54,694 nucleotides of DNA from Gemmatimonadales bacterium (GCA_045403135.1 JAXIPC010000105.1:1-54694); one strand, 5' to 3'. Shown: positions 10,688 through 21,382, counted from the stretch's first letter. Made by a program: numbers and translations. Notes: generated by a model from the sequence alone, not told the origin.

Positions 10688-13428
10688 ACACCGCGGAGTT
10701 GCAATTCCTGCTGGGTTTGTCGGTCAAGGGGACCATTCTCCTTGGCGCAACCGCGCTGGCTTCGATCCTGGCCCGCCGCGCCCGGGCCAGCGTGCGCCAC
10801 GCGCTCTGGGCCGCGGGGCTCACCGGCCTGCTCCTGGTCCCGGTACTCGCTGCCGGCCTTCCGCGTTGGGAGGTGGTTTCCCTTCCCCTTGCCGTGGCAC
10901 CGGTGCCATCCGTCTATCCGGTCGGTCCGCTGCGCAGGTCGACGGAAGCTGCGGCGACCCTTCCGCTGGCGGAAAGCGCGACAGGGGCGAGCTCGGTGTC
11001 CGGCGGCGCGAAGGAGTCCGTCGAGGGCGCCCCAGCCGTGGGCACGGTGCCGAGACTAAGCGTAGGGGAAATGGCCTTCTTGATATGGGCTTCGGGCGCC
11101 GCGCTGATCCTGGCCTGGGTCATCTTCGGGCACTTCCGGGTTCGATCGATCGTCCGTGCGTCGACTCCGATGCTCTCGCCGTTGTGGCGCAGTTCGGTGG
11201 AAGAGGCGCTCGAGATCACCGCCGATGAGCTCCGGGTCGAGTTCCGCGAGACCGTCGCCACGATGCCGATGGCCAGCGGGCTTCTGCGCCCGGTCGTCCT
11301 GCTGCCGGCTTCAGGAATAGCGTGGACCCCCGACCATCGACGCGACGTGGTCTTGCACGAGCTGGCCCACGTCCGCAGGCGGGATTGCCTGACCCACCTC
11401 GCGTGCCGGATCGCCTGTGCCGTGCATTGGTTCAATCCGCTGGCCTGGCTGGCGGCGCGGCAGGCACGAGTGGAGCGCGAGCACGCGTGCGACGACGCGG
11501 TGCTCGCGACCGGCGCCCTTCCGTCGAGCTACGCGCAGGCCCTGCTCGACACGGCACGACGCTCGCGCCCGGCGTGGGCGACGGCGGCAGCCGGGCTTAC
11601 CATGGCCCGCCAGTCACATCTCTCCACCAGACTTCTGGCCGTCCTGGACGAAAGGCGGCGGCGCGGCAGACTCGGACGCACGGCCTTCGGCACCGCCTCG
11701 TTGGGTACCTTGGCGCTCCTGATACCGGTAGCCGCGCTCGCACCGGCGCGGGAGCCGGGTCCACCGATCGCGTCATCCACCGCCTCGTCGCACTCGCAGA
11801 CCGCCGGTTCGAAAGACGGTCTCCCGGCTCCTGCAGCGGGCGGCGTGACCTTTGCCCGACCGACAGCTTCGACGCCGGCAGCACGGGTTATTCAGGCCGG
11901 ACTTCCCTGCCCCTACACCAGCAAAGGCTCGCATCGCAGCGTGCAGCTTTCGAGCTCGGTCCGCATCACCGGCATGGGCTCGACGGACGACGGAAAGGGC
12001 AACCGGTGGGTAGCCTGGACCGGTGCCGATTGCTCGATCGTGGTCCACGTCGTGGGCGAGCCGGTCTTCACCGACGACGAAACCGACGTGGCGGAATTCC
12101 GGGGATCGGGGCGATTCACGGTCACGCACGCCGAGGGAAACTCCGAGCGGGAGTACGAGGTACGCGGTGACGGCACCTCGCTGACACGGCGGTACACAGT
12201 AGACGGTGCCGAGCGCCCGATGGATGAGGCCGCCCACCGGTGGGGAGCGGCGCTCGTGCTGCAATACATCCGGCAGAGCGGGTATCAGGCCGAAACGCGC
12301 ACCCAGCGCATTCTGCGAGCGAATGGGATGCCCGGCCTGATCGATGAGATCGAGGCGATTCCTTCCGGTTGGGCTAGAGGCCGCTATTACGCGGCGGGGA
12401 TCGCGGTTCGGCCGGAAGCTGCCGATGTGCGAGTCCTGCTCGATCACGCCGGCACCCATCTGGACTCCGACTACGAGAAGGGCCGGATTCTGGCCGTGCT
12501 GCCAAGCAGGCTGCTGGGCGAGCCAGGCGTCCGTGCCAGCTATCTCGGCGTCACTCGAGGCATGGAGTCCGACTACGAGAAAGCCAAGGCGCTGCTCACC
12601 GCGAGCGCCAGCGGGCTGGACCCCGCCTCGACCGAGACGGCGCTCCAGGCGGCGACCACGCTGACATCGTCCTACGAGCGGAGCCGGGTGCTGGTGGCCG
12701 TCAGCAAAACCGCGCCGCCGCAAGGTGATCTCGACCCGCTCTATTTCGACGCGGTCTCCGGCATCGATTCGGACTACGAGAAGGCCAAGGTGCTCACAGC
12801 GTACGCCCAGCATCCCGGCCTTGGCGCGACGGGACTGAACCGGCTGTACGAAGCGGCGGGCGGCATCACGTCAGCCTATGAGCTCGCCAACCTGCTGATC
12901 GCGAGCATCGCGACATCGGGGTCGGCCGGCGCTCGGTGTGACGGATACCTGGCCTCGGTGACGAAGATCGACTCCGACTTCGAGAAGGCCAGGGCGATGT
13001 CCGCGCTGCAGGGCGCGGGACCGCTGACGCCCGCCTGCGCGAAGCGGGCGACCGTGGTGACCGGCACCATCCAGAGCAACAACGACCGCGCCCGGGTGCT
13101 GGTCGAATATGCCGCGCGGGGCCTCCTCACCGACGCCACGCGGGCCGATTTCTTCGGCGCTGCTCGAGGAATGGAGTCCTCCTTCGAGCTGCGGCGGGTT
13201 CTGACCGCCGTCCTGGCTCAGGGGCAGCTCTCCCAGGCGGTGCTCCTGGATCTGCTCGAGACCGCCGGCGGAATCGATTCCGACAACGACCTCGCCTCGG
13301 TGCTGGTGACGGCGGCAGGAGCCGGGATGATCGTGGATTCGGTCCGGCCGGCTTACCTTCGGGCGGCCGGAAGGATGTCATCGGACTATGAGCGGAGGCG
13401 TGCTTTGACGGCGATCGGAGCGCGGTAG
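10684..13428 (+). CDS. BlaR1-like M56 metallopeptidase sensor with C-terminal helical repeats
   Basis: TM segments, HELAHVRRRD (HExxH), HWFNPLAW, EREHACDDAV; about 11 C-terminal [IM][DE]S[DS]YE[KR]-type repeats. Confidence 0.9.
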   Translation: MNTAELQFLLGLSVKGTILLGATALASILARRARASVRHALWAAGLTGLLLVPVLAAGLPRWEVVSLPLAVAPVPSVYPVGPLRRSTEAAATLPLAESATGASSVSGGAKESVEGAPAVGTVPRLSVGEMAFLIWASGAALILAWVIFGHFRVRSIVRASTPMLSPLWRSSVEEALEITADELRVEFRETVATMPMASGLLRPVVLLPASGIAWTPDHRRDVVLHELAHVRRRDCLTHLACRIACAVHWFNPLAWLAARQARVEREHACDDAVLATGALPSSYAQALLDTARRSRPAWATAAAGLTMARQSHLSTRLLAVLDERRRRGRLGRTAFGTASLGTLALLIPVAALAPAREPGPPIASSTASSHSQTAGSKDGLPAPAAGGVTFARPTASTPAARVIQAGLPCPYTSKGSHRSVQLSSSVRITGMGSTDDGKGNRWVAWTGADCSIVVHVVGEPVFTDDETDVAEFRGSGRFTVTHAEGNSEREYEVRGDGTSLTRRYTVDGAERPMDEAAHRWGAALVLQYIRQSGYQAETRTQRILRANGMPGLIDEIEAIPSGWARGRYYAAGIAVRPEAADVRVLLDHAGTHLDSDYEKGRILAVLPSRLLGEPGVRASYLGVTRGMESDYEKAKALLTASASGLDPASTETALQAATTLTSSYERSRVLVAVSKTAPPQGDLDPLYFDAVSGIDSDYEKAKVLTAYAQHPGLGATGLNRLYEAAGGITSAYELANLLIASIATSGSAGARCDGYLASVTKIDSDFEKARAMSALQGAGPLTPACAKRATVVTGTIQSNNDRARVLVEYAARGLLTDATRADFFGAARGMESSFELRRVLTAVLAQGQLSQAVLLDLLETAGGIDSDNDLASVLVTAAGAGMIVDSVRPAYLRAAGRMSSDYERRRALTAIGAR

Positions 13429-13437
13429 GGCCCCGAC

Positions 13438-14790
13438 TTAGAGGAGGAGCCAGCCGCCGAGCCCGAGCAACAGCGCGAATCCGCAGGTATCCGTGAAGGC
13501 CGTGACGAACACCGATGAGGCGATGGCCGGGTCGATCTTGAAGCGCTCGAGCACCAGCGGGATCGACGCGCCGACCAGGCCGGCCACGAAGAGATTCCCG
13601 ATCATCGCCAAGGCAATCACCAGAGCGAGCATCGGCGGCTGGTGGAACGCCATCGCCACCAGCCCGATCACGATGCCGTTGGCCAAACCACAGGACAGCA
13701 CCACCATCACCTCTTTCCCGACCACCTTGAGAAAGGCGTTGGGCGGTATGAGACCCAACGCCAGCCGCCGCACGGTCACGGCCAGGGTTTGGGTACCGGC
13801 ATTGCCGCCCATGCCGGAGATCATCGTCATCCATGCGGCGAGGGCCGGAAGCGCCTTGACCACGCTGCTGAAATACCCCACGACGGATGCGGCGACGAAC
13901 GCCGTCGCGAGGTTGACCATCAGCCAGGGGAGCCGGGTTTTCACGGCCTCGAACCACCGGGCGCCGAGGTCTTCGTGGGCGGAGACGCCGCCGAATCGGA
14001 GCAGGTCCTCGGTGGCTTCCCGCTCCATCACATCCGAGACGTCGTCGAAGGTGATCCGGCCGAGCAGACGTCCGTCCCGATCCACCACGGGGATGCTCGG
14101 CACGTTGTAGCGCGCCATCAGGCGGGCCACCTCCTCCTGGTCGATCTCGGGCCGCACGGTCACGTCGGGCTCTTCCATGAGCTCGCGAACCGGCCGTTCG
14201 GGGGAGCCAAGCACAAGGCGCTTGAAGCCGAGGATTCCGGCCAGCCGGCGATCCGGGTCCACCACGTAGATCTCGGAAAAATCCTCCACGTCTTCCGCCT
14301 GCCGGCGGATGCTGCCCAGCGCGTCGCGCACCGTTTCGTGCTCTCCCACCATGACCATTGCGCCCGTCATCAGCCCGCCGGCGCTCTCTTCGTCGTACCG
14401 GAGCAGGCGCTCGACGTCCTCGCGCCCGGGAGCGTCCACCGCGGATAGAATGCGTTGCTGTTGCTCGAGATCGAGCTCGCCCAGCAGGTCGGCCGCGTCG
14501 TCGTCGGGCATTTCGCCGACGATTTCGGCGGCTTGCGCGGCGGAGAGCGCAGCCAGCGTCTCTCCGGCGTGCTCCGTCATGGGCATCTCGATCAGCGCCT
14601 CGCCGGTCAGCTCCGGCGGGAGCAGCTTGGCGATCTCGACGCGCTCGTCTTCGTCGGCGAGCGCCAGGACGTCGGCCAGGTCCGCCGGCTCGAGCATGCG
14701 GGCACGGGCGAAGAATTCGCTGACATGACCGTCACGAAGCAGCGCGATCATCTTGCCGGAAGCGAGGGGCTTGGGCGGCCGCGGCGTCAC
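13438..14790 (-). CDS. mgtE: Magnesium transporter MgtE
   Basis: EMPDDDAADLL, YDEESAGGLM, CBS pair, RLPWLMVNL, GMGGNAGTQ, IDPAIASSVFVTAFTD. GTG start at 14790 overlaps the upstream stop. Confidence 0.93.
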   Translation of the reverse strand: MTPRPPKPLASGKMIALLRDGHVSEFFARARMLEPADLADVLALADEDERVEIAKLLPPELTGEALIEMPMTEHAGETLAALSAAQAAEIVGEMPDDDAADLLGELDLEQQQRILSAVDAPGREDVERLLRYDEESAGGLMTGAMVMVGEHETVRDALGSIRRQAEDVEDFSEIYVVDPDRRLAGILGFKRLVLGSPERPVRELMEEPDVTVRPEIDQEEVARLMARYNVPSIPVVDRDGRLLGRITFDDVSDVMEREATEDLLRFGGVSAHEDLGARWFEAVKTRLPWLMVNLATAFVAASVVGYFSSVVKALPALAAWMTMISGMGGNAGTQTLAVTVRRLALGLIPPNAFLKVVGKEVMVVLSCGLANGIVIGLVAMAFHQPPMLALVIALAMIGNLFVAGLVGASIPLVLERFKIDPAIASSVFVTAFTDTCGFALLLGLGGWLLL

Positions 14791-15980
14791 GGCGGGCTCC
14801 GGTCCAGGGCCGTCGTCCCGGGAGAACCGCGGCGGACCAGGACGCGCTCGACCCGGGTCGGCGACGCGTGCAGCACGTCGAGCTCGAGGCCGCAAATCAG
14901 AAAGCGCTCACCGCTGGCGGGGAATCGCCCCGCGAGCTCCACCAGCCGACCCCCGAGCGTGGTGGCTTGTCCGGCCGGAAACTCGACGCCGAAGCGCGCT
15001 TCGATCTGGACGACCGGAGCCGATGCATCCACCTCGAGGAGTCCCGGGTCGCTTCGCGTGGCCGGCTTGGGCGATCCGTCCTCGTCCACGATCTCGCCGA
15101 CCATGGCCGCCAGCAGATCCTCCAGCGTCACAATGCCGAGGGTGCCGCCGAATTCATCGAGCACAATCGAGAGGTGCCGGCGTTCCCGCTGCATGTCGAG
15201 CAGGACATCGCCACAGCTCCGGCTGCCCGGAGCGACCGCCAGCGGACGGACCGGCACCGGATCGCCCGGCGCGAGCCGGAAGAGGTCGAATGCGTGGACC
15301 ATGCCGACCATCTCGTCCAGGGTTTCCCGGTAGATCGGGAGCCGGCTGTAGCCGGTCTGCACGAACGCTTCCCGGACTTCTTCCACCGACGACTCCTCGG
15401 GGATGGCGATGAGGTCGGTCCGCGGGGTCATCACTTCGCGGACCGAGCGTTCGGAGAAGCTGATCACTCCGCCCACCCGGAGCAGCGCGTCGTCCGCCTC
15501 CCCCGTCCTGCCTTCGGCCCGTTCCCGCCACAGCTCGGTGATGTGGGCCTCGGGCCGCAGGGGAGGCGCAGGGAGAATCGGTGCCAGCACGGCGGACCAG
15601 GGCCGCAGGATTGGCCGCACCCGCTCAGCCACCTTCGCGGCGCGACGGCGGGTCAGGAACCGGGGCAGCACGTATCCGCTCAGCAGCACGGCGGGGAGGG
15701 CGAGCAGAATGAGCAGGAGGCCGAGCCGGGGCAGCGTCACGCCGGCGAAGATCGCCGGGAAAACCGCCCCCAGCAGCGCGATCCCCAGGGTCGTGGTCAC
15801 CGAAGCCGCCGCGAGGTCCCGTTCCAGCGGTGGCAACCAGGCCAGCGAATCGTTCCCGCCGCGCAGCCGGCGAGCCACGACGTCAGCCAGGAGAGCGCGG
15901 CTCGACGTCACCAGCGCCGCGGCAGCGGTCGCCCCGAAGAGGGTGAGCAGCAGCCCGACCAGCACGACGAGCCAGATCAT
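14787..15980 (-). CDS. Hemolysin-family CNNM/CBS/CorC_HlyC protein
   Basis: N-terminal TM helices, VREVMTPRTD, GYSRLPIY, VLDEFGGTLGIVTLEDLL, TTLGG. Confidence 0.88.
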   Translation of the reverse strand: MIWLVVLVGLLLTLFGATAAAALVTSSRALLADVVARRLRGGNDSLAWLPPLERDLAAASVTTTLGIALLGAVFPAIFAGVTLPRLGLLLILLALPAVLLSGYVLPRFLTRRRAAKVAERVRPILRPWSAVLAPILPAPPLRPEAHITELWRERAEGRTGEADDALLRVGGVISFSERSVREVMTPRTDLIAIPEESSVEEVREAFVQTGYSRLPIYRETLDEMVGMVHAFDLFRLAPGDPVPVRPLAVAPGSRSCGDVLLDMQRERRHLSIVLDEFGGTLGIVTLEDLLAAMVGEIVDEDGSPKPATRSDPGLLEVDASAPVVQIEARFGVEFPAGQATTLGGRLVELAGRFPASGERFLICGLELDVLHASPTRVERVLVRRGSPGTTALDRSPP

Positions 15981-17185
15981 GCCGAGCGCCCCGGCACGGC
16001 ATTCTCGCGGACGGCCTCAGCCACGCGCAGCACGGTCACCCGCCGGACCCGCCGGCGCGCCATGTGATCCACGGTGATCCGGAACCCATCGAGCGCAAGG
16101 GACTCTCCCGCGCGGGGCACCCGCCCAAATGCGGCCAGCACCAGCCCCCCGACCGTGCTCACGTCCGCCCGGGCGAAGCTGTGGTCGATCTCCATCTCGA
16201 GATCGGCGAGCGGCACGCCACCCAGTACCGCCCAGCCGCCCTCGGGGAGCCGCTGCACCGGCGCCACTTCGTCGGTGTCGTATTCATCGCGAATCTCGCC
16301 TACGATCTGCTCCAGCACATCCTCCAGCGTCACGATGCCGGAGGTGCCGCCGAATTCGTCGACGACGACGGCCAGATGGCTCGCGCCGCGCTGGAAATCG
16401 CGCAGCTGGCGGCTCAGGCTCTTGGCCTCGGGCACGAACTCGACGGGCCAGATGAGCGGGTGCCAGTCGGACGGAGCGGACTCGGGACCCAGTCCAGGGA
16501 GGAGATCCTTGGCGTAGATGACCCCGGTCACCGAGTCAGGGTCGCCGTCCACCACGAGGAGCCTGGAGTGCTCGGCGCTCCGGAACATCGCCACGACCTG
16601 ATCGCGGCTGGTCGAGAAATCCACGGCTTTGATGTCCAGCCGCGGCGTCATCACGTCCGTCACCGTCATGTCCGCCAGGCCGAGCACTCCAGCGAGCATC
16701 TGCTTCTCGGCGGGCTCCTGGTGGCGGGGGCCGCTCCGGCGAAGCCGGAAGCCACGGTCGACCCACGCGACCGCCGCCAGGAGGGGCCGAAAGAGGGTCA
16801 GCGTGTGCTGCACGAACCACCCGTCGAAACGGACCAGTCCCGGCTCGTTCGCCGCCCAGAGGCGGGGCGCCAGATCGCCGAGGATCCAGACCAGCAGCGA
16901 GCCAAGCAGGAGCCGACCGACCGACTGCGGAAACGGCCAGGCCCACCAGGCAAGCGCGGTTCCGGCCAGCGCGGCGGCGATGGCGAGCAGCGCGAGGTGA
17001 AGGATGTGGAGGCTGCGAGGAGAGGACAGCGGTGCACTCGCCGGGCTCTGGGACGGCGTGAGCAGGCGGGGCACGCCGGCGTCGTCCGGCTCGGCGAGCG
17101 CCAGCAGCGCCGCCCACAGAGTGAACACGCCCGCCAACAGCGGGGCCACCCAGAGCTGCAGCGCGGCGAGTACGATCTGAATCAT
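15977..17185 (-). CDS. Hemolysin-family CNNM/CBS/CorC_HlyC protein
   Basis: TM N-terminus from ATG 17185 ([10 protein letters not shown]), DVMTPRLD, HSRLLV, VVVDEFGGTSGIVTLEDVLEQIVGEIRDEYD. Confidence 0.88.
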   Translation of the reverse strand: MIQIVLAALQLWVAPLLAGVFTLWAALLALAEPDDAGVPRLLTPSQSPASAPLSSPRSLHILHLALLAIAAALAGTALAWWAWPFPQSVGRLLLGSLLVWILGDLAPRLWAANEPGLVRFDGWFVQHTLTLFRPLLAAVAWVDRGFRLRRSGPRHQEPAEKQMLAGVLGLADMTVTDVMTPRLDIKAVDFSTSRDQVVAMFRSAEHSRLLVVDGDPDSVTGVIYAKDLLPGLGPESAPSDWHPLIWPVEFVPEAKSLSRQLRDFQRGASHLAVVVDEFGGTSGIVTLEDVLEQIVGEIRDEYDTDEVAPVQRLPEGGWAVLGGVPLADLEMEIDHSFARADVSTVGGLVLAAFGRVPRAGESLALDGFRITVDHMARRRVRRVTVLRVAEAVRENAVPGRSA

Positions 17186-17655
17186 CGAAGGCCCCGGAGA
17201 TACCGTTCCTGGCGGCGCCACATCGGGGACTCCATCCGCCCGGCGTTCTCGGCATGGTCGTATCCCAGGACGTGGAGGACGCCGTGGATCACCAGTCGGG
17301 TCAGCTCCCGCCGGACCGGGACGCGGAGGGCGCGCGCATGTCGCACGGCTTGCCAGGGGCAGATGTAGATATCGCCCACCAGGCTGCCGCCGGGGCCGGA
17401 GAGCGGAAAGGCCAGCACGTCGGTGGGTGAGTGGGTTCCCTTCCACCGCCGATGAAGGGCGCGCATGGCATCGCGGCCGACGAACGAGATCGAGATCATC
17501 GCCACGCGTCGCTCCGCGTCAAGGACCGTGAGGGCGGCCCGGACGGCGTCGGTGCGCCGGAGTGGATGGGAACGCCCGGATACCGCTATGACACTCTCGC
17601 GTCCTTCCGCCCTCGCGGCTTTGCGTTCCGGGTCAGCCGTTCTGATCCTCCGCAT
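17182..17655 (-). CDS. ybeY: rRNA maturation endoribonuclease YbeY (start uncertain)
   Basis: [24 protein letters not shown] zinc motif; follows phoH. Confidence 0.9.
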   Translation of the reverse strand: MRRIRTADPERKAARAEGRESVIAVSGRSHPLRRTDAVRAALTVLDAERRVAMISISFVGRDAMRALHRRWKGTHSPTDVLAFPLSGPGGSLVGDIYICPWQAVRHARALRVPVRRELTRLVIHGVLHVLGYDHAENAGRMESPMWRRQERYLRGLR

Positions 17656-18586
17656 ACGCCTTGATGATCTCTCGCACCAACCGATGGCGCACGACGTCGG
17701 CATCGTCCAGGTAACAGAAGGCGATCCCCTCGATGCCCGGAAGGATGCGCTCGATCTGGATGAGGCCGGAATCTTCCCGCTTGGGGAGGTCGACCTGGGT
17801 CTTGTCCCCGGTCACTACGACCTTGCTGTTCACCCCGAGCCGGGTGAGGAACATCTTCATCTGCGCGCCGGTGGCGTTCTGGGCCTCGTCGAGGATGATG
17901 AACGCGTCGTTCAGGGTGCGCCCGCGCATGTAGGCCAGGGGCGCGATCTCGATGGTGCGCTGTTCCAGCGCCTTCTGCACCCGCTCGGCCGGCATCATAT
18001 CCTCGAGGGCGTCATAGAGCGGACGGAGGTAGGGATCTACCTTGGCCTGCAGGTCGCCGGGGAGGAACCCGAGCGACTCGCCGGCTTCCACCGCGGGACG
18101 TGCGAGGATGATCCGCTTGACCCGCTTCCGGGCCATGGCCTCGACCGCCTTCGCGACGGCGAGGTAGGTCTTGCCGGTCCCGGCGGGGCCGATACTGACG
18201 ACGATGTCGGTCGTGGCGATGGCGTGGACGTAATCGCGCTGCCCCTGCGTCTTGGGGGCGATCGCCCGACGCAGGCCGGGGAGGACAATCTTTCCCTCGC
18301 CTCCGCCCAGGGGGCTGTCCGCGGGAACGCCGTCCTGGACGAACCGAAAGACATCCTCGACCGACACCGCTTCCCCGGTGCGGGCGATGTCGAGAAGACC
18401 TTGCACGACGCCGGCCGCCCGATCGACCTGTTCCGCGGTGCCGGACAGGGTGAGCGTGTCCCCCCGCAAGGAGACGCGTGCGCCGGTGGCGCGCTCCAGT
18501 TCCATCATGTTCGCGTCATTGACGCCGGCGAGCAGCAGCGGATCGGCGCCCTCGATGCTCACGCGCTGGGTGGTGTCTTCGCCCAT
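17633..18586 (-). CDS. phoH: PhoH family ATPase (YbeZ)
   Basis: [52 protein letters not shown]; ATG at 18586. Confidence 0.95.
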   Translation of the reverse strand: MGEDTTQRVSIEGADPLLLAGVNDANMMELERATGARVSLRGDTLTLSGTAEQVDRAAGVVQGLLDIARTGEAVSVEDVFRFVQDGVPADSPLGGGEGKIVLPGLRRAIAPKTQGQRDYVHAIATTDIVVSIGPAGTGKTYLAVAKAVEAMARKRVKRIILARPAVEAGESLGFLPGDLQAKVDPYLRPLYDALEDMMPAERVQKALEQRTIEIAPLAYMRGRTLNDAFIILDEAQNATGAQMKMFLTRLGVNSKVVVTGDKTQVDLPKREDSGLIQIERILPGIEGIAFCYLDDADVVRHRLVREIIKAYAEDQNG

Positions 18587-18597
18587 CGTGCCGGTCC

Positions 18598-20361
18598 TCA
18601 CTGGATCACCGTCAGGCCGAGCCCGGCCAGGTCGGCCTGGCTCACGGGGGAAGGCGCCCCTTCGTACAGGGCGCGCGCCGCCGTGGTCTTGGGAAACGCG
18701 ATGACGTCCCGCATGGAGCCGGCACCGGCCAGCTGCATCACCACCCGGTCGAAGCCGACGGCGAATCCGCCGTGCGGCGGCGCGCCCGCACTCAGCGCCT
18801 CGAGCAGGAAGCCGAACCGCCGCCGGATTTCCTCGGCCGGAATCCCGAGCAGGCCGAATACCCGCCGCTGCACCTCCGGATCGGTGATGCGGATCGAGCC
18901 GCTGCCGAGCTCCACGCCGTTGTACACCGCGTCGTAATGCAGGGCACGGCAGCGGCCGGGGTCGGTTTCGAGGAAGCCGATGTCCTCGGGGTGCGGCGAG
19001 GTGAACGGGTGATGGACGAAGATGTGGCTCCCCGTGTCCGGGGCGGGCTCGAAGAGGGGGAAGTCGACCACCCAGAGAAAGGCATGCTGCCTCGAGGGCG
19101 CCGGCGCGAGCCGCTTGATCAGCGCGCTGCGAACGGCGTGGAGCGCAGCAGAGGTCACCGCGTCGGGCCCCACGGCGGCGAGCAGCAGCTGGCCCTCGGC
19201 GCCGCCCACCGCCTGGAGCCCGCGCGCGCCGATGGCCTTGACCCCCTGCCCTTCCCACGCGGCGCCTCGGCGGGCCCAGAGCAGGCCGCCCGCCCCGGCA
19301 TCCTTGGCCGCGGCGGCAAAGCCGTCCAGGTCCTTTCGGGAAAGCGCGCCCGCGTCCGGCACGCGGATGCCCCGGAGCCGGCCACCCTTGCTCAGGGCTT
19401 CGTGCACGAACGGCGCCGCATCGTCAGCCACGCTCGCGGTGAGGTCCGCGATCTCGAACCCGAATCGCAGGTCGGGCTTGTCGATGCCGAAGCGCTCCAT
19501 GGCATCCCGCCAGACCATCCGGGGAAACGGCCACGGAATGACGTGGCCCGCCTCGTCCCATTGCGCCACCAGCACCGATTCCACCACCTCAAGCACGTCC
19601 TCCTGCGTGATGAACGACGCTTCGAGATCGATCTGGGTGAATTCCGGCTGACGGTCGGCGCGCAGGTCCTCATCGCGAAAGCAGCGGGCGATCTGGAAAT
19701 AGCGATCATAACCCGCGATCATCAGGAGCTGCTTGTAGATCTGGGGCGACTGGGGCAGCGCGTAGAACTCCCCTCGATGGATCCGGGAGGGCACCAAATA
19801 GTCCCGCGCTCCCTCCGGCGTTGGCTTGGTCAGGATCGGGGTCTCGATTTCCAGGAAGCCGAGGTCGCTCAGCGTGCGGCGGGCGCGCTGCAACAAGCGG
19901 TGGCGCAGCACGAGATTCGCCGTCAGCTCCGGCCGCCTCAGGTCGAGCACCCGGTGTCTGAGACGGAGCTCCTCCGCGGGCAGCTCTTCCTTTTCTTTGC
20001 GGCCCACCGGAATGGCGGGAGTTACCGCGGGGCCGACCACCTCCAGCGCGCTGACCCGCACCTCGACTTCGCGGGAGCCGAGCGCCGCGTCGCGGGCGGC
20101 GTTGGGCCGGAGCGCCACGCTGCCGGCGGCCAGCAGGACCGTCTCGACGCCGCAGCCGGCGGCTCGCTCCAGCACCTCGAGGGGTGTGAACGCCGGATCG
20201 AAAGAGAGCTGCACCATTCCATAGCGGTCGCGGAGGTCGATGAACACCAGGCCGCCCAGGTCGCGGCGGCGATGGACCCAGCCCCCGAGACGGACGTCGC
20301 AGCCCACATCGGCGCGCGTGAGCAGACCGCCGGCATGCGTGCGAAGCGAGGTTGCGAGCAT
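18598..20361 (-). CDS. aspS: Aspartate--tRNA ligase
   Basis: GWVHRRRDLGGLVFIDLRDR, TPEGARDYLVPSR, LPQSPQ, FRDEDLRADRQPEFTQID, APPHGG. Confidence 0.97.
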   Translation of the reverse strand: MLATSLRTHAGGLLTRADVGCDVRLGGWVHRRRDLGGLVFIDLRDRYGMVQLSFDPAFTPLEVLERAAGCGVETVLLAAGSVALRPNAARDAALGSREVEVRVSALEVVGPAVTPAIPVGRKEKEELPAEELRLRHRVLDLRRPELTANLVLRHRLLQRARRTLSDLGFLEIETPILTKPTPEGARDYLVPSRIHRGEFYALPQSPQIYKQLLMIAGYDRYFQIARCFRDEDLRADRQPEFTQIDLEASFITQEDVLEVVESVLVAQWDEAGHVIPWPFPRMVWRDAMERFGIDKPDLRFGFEIADLTASVADDAAPFVHEALSKGGRLRGIRVPDAGALSRKDLDGFAAAAKDAGAGGLLWARRGAAWEGQGVKAIGARGLQAVGGAEGQLLLAAVGPDAVTSAALHAVRSALIKRLAPAPSRQHAFLWVVDFPLFEPAPDTGSHIFVHHPFTSPHPEDIGFLETDPGRCRALHYDAVYNGVELGSGSIRITDPEVQRRVFGLLGIPAEEIRRRFGFLLEALSAGAPPHGGFAVGFDRVVMQLAGAGSMRDVIAFPKTTAARALYEGAPSPVSQADLAGLGLTVIQ

Positions 20362-20461
20362 GCGCAAACGTAACGGGCGCGGAGAGGGGGATCAAGCAAC
20401 TTGGGCACCGCGAAGAGGTATCTTGCAGCCTCGCATTCACGCGCGCGGCAGGGGAGGACGT

Positions 20462-21364
20462 GTGGTCAGCCATCGGTGGTGGGTGGGAGCGTTGTGCTGC
20501 CTGGTTTCGGCCTGCCGGGACCGGGCTCCCCAGCCCCCGGCGGCCGCGCACCAGGATTCGGGCGGCACCCGACCGGATACGGTGGTCCGTGCCGATTCCG
20601 GCCCACCGGTTCCCACCATCGAACCGAGGCGGGGCTTCCGGGCGTACGTCCTCCACGGAGCCCGCGATCTCCAGCTGCTGATGGACTCGCTTGGCCCGGC
20701 GGGAGTCACCACGATTCTCAAGCTCAATCGAATCGACCTGGCGCGCGCGCGCGCCGGGGACACGCTCCTGGTGCCCGAAACGATCGACGATGAGCTGGGG
20801 TTCGCGCCGTTCCCCGCGGCCGTCAGCGCCCTGGATTCGGTGCCCCGCCTGATCGCGGTGGCCCAGCGGGTCCAGGGCTTCGGTGCCTACGAGCACGGAA
20901 GGCTGGTCCGCTGGGGGCCGACCAGCACCGGCAAGGCGAAGACCCCGACATCGAACGGGCTGTACTTCACCAACTGGAAGCGAAAGCAGACCGTCAGCAC
21001 CGACAACGACGAGTGGCTGCTGAAGTGGTACTTCAACTTCGAAAACGCGCGCGGCATCTCCTTTCACGAGTACGACCTCCCCGGGTATCCCGCCAGCCAT
21101 GCCTGCGTCCGCCTGCTGGCGGCCGACGCGGAATGGATCTACGCCTGGGCACGGCAATGGCGGCTCTCGAGGGATGGCAGGTCGATCGTCGCCTATGGTA
21201 CGCCTGTGGTGGTCTTCGGGACCTATGAGTACGCGCGACCCCGCCCGTGGCGTCGCGTAGTGGACGACGCGGAGGCGGCCAGGGTTCCGGCGGCCGAACT
21301 GGACAGCGCGCTGGTGCCCCACCTGCCGCTGATTCGCGCGCGGATCCGGCCCGATTCGACCTAG
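20462..21364 (+). CDS. L,D-transpeptidase (YkuD) lipoprotein with degenerate LysM-like segment
   Basis: GGAGG RBS then GTG at 20462; LVSAC lipobox; PTSTGK..TPT; HEYDLPGYPASHACVRL. Confidence 0.87.
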   Translation: MVSHRWWVGALCCLVSACRDRAPQPPAAAHQDSGGTRPDTVVRADSGPPVPTIEPRRGFRAYVLHGARDLQLLMDSLGPAGVTTILKLNRIDLARARAGDTLLVPETIDDELGFAPFPAAVSALDSVPRLIAVAQRVQGFGAYEHGRLVRWGPTSTGKAKTPTSNGLYFTNWKRKQTVSTDNDEWLLKWYFNFENARGISFHEYDLPGYPASHACVRLLAADAEWIYAWARQWRLSRDGRSIVAYGTPVVVFGTYEYARPRPWRRVVDDAEAARVPAAELDSALVPHLPLIRARIRPDST

Positions 21365-21382
21365 CGGCCGCTACATTTCGGC

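Noticed and set aside
17630-17655. Possible ACG start for ybeY overlapping the phoH stop
   Set aside because: An in-frame ATG exists at 17655; sequence alone cannot support a non-canonical start
20389-20400. 12-mer GTTGCTTGATCC shared with 48049-48060
   Set aside because: Both contain the predicted -35 TTGATC; explained by promoter consensus plus chance
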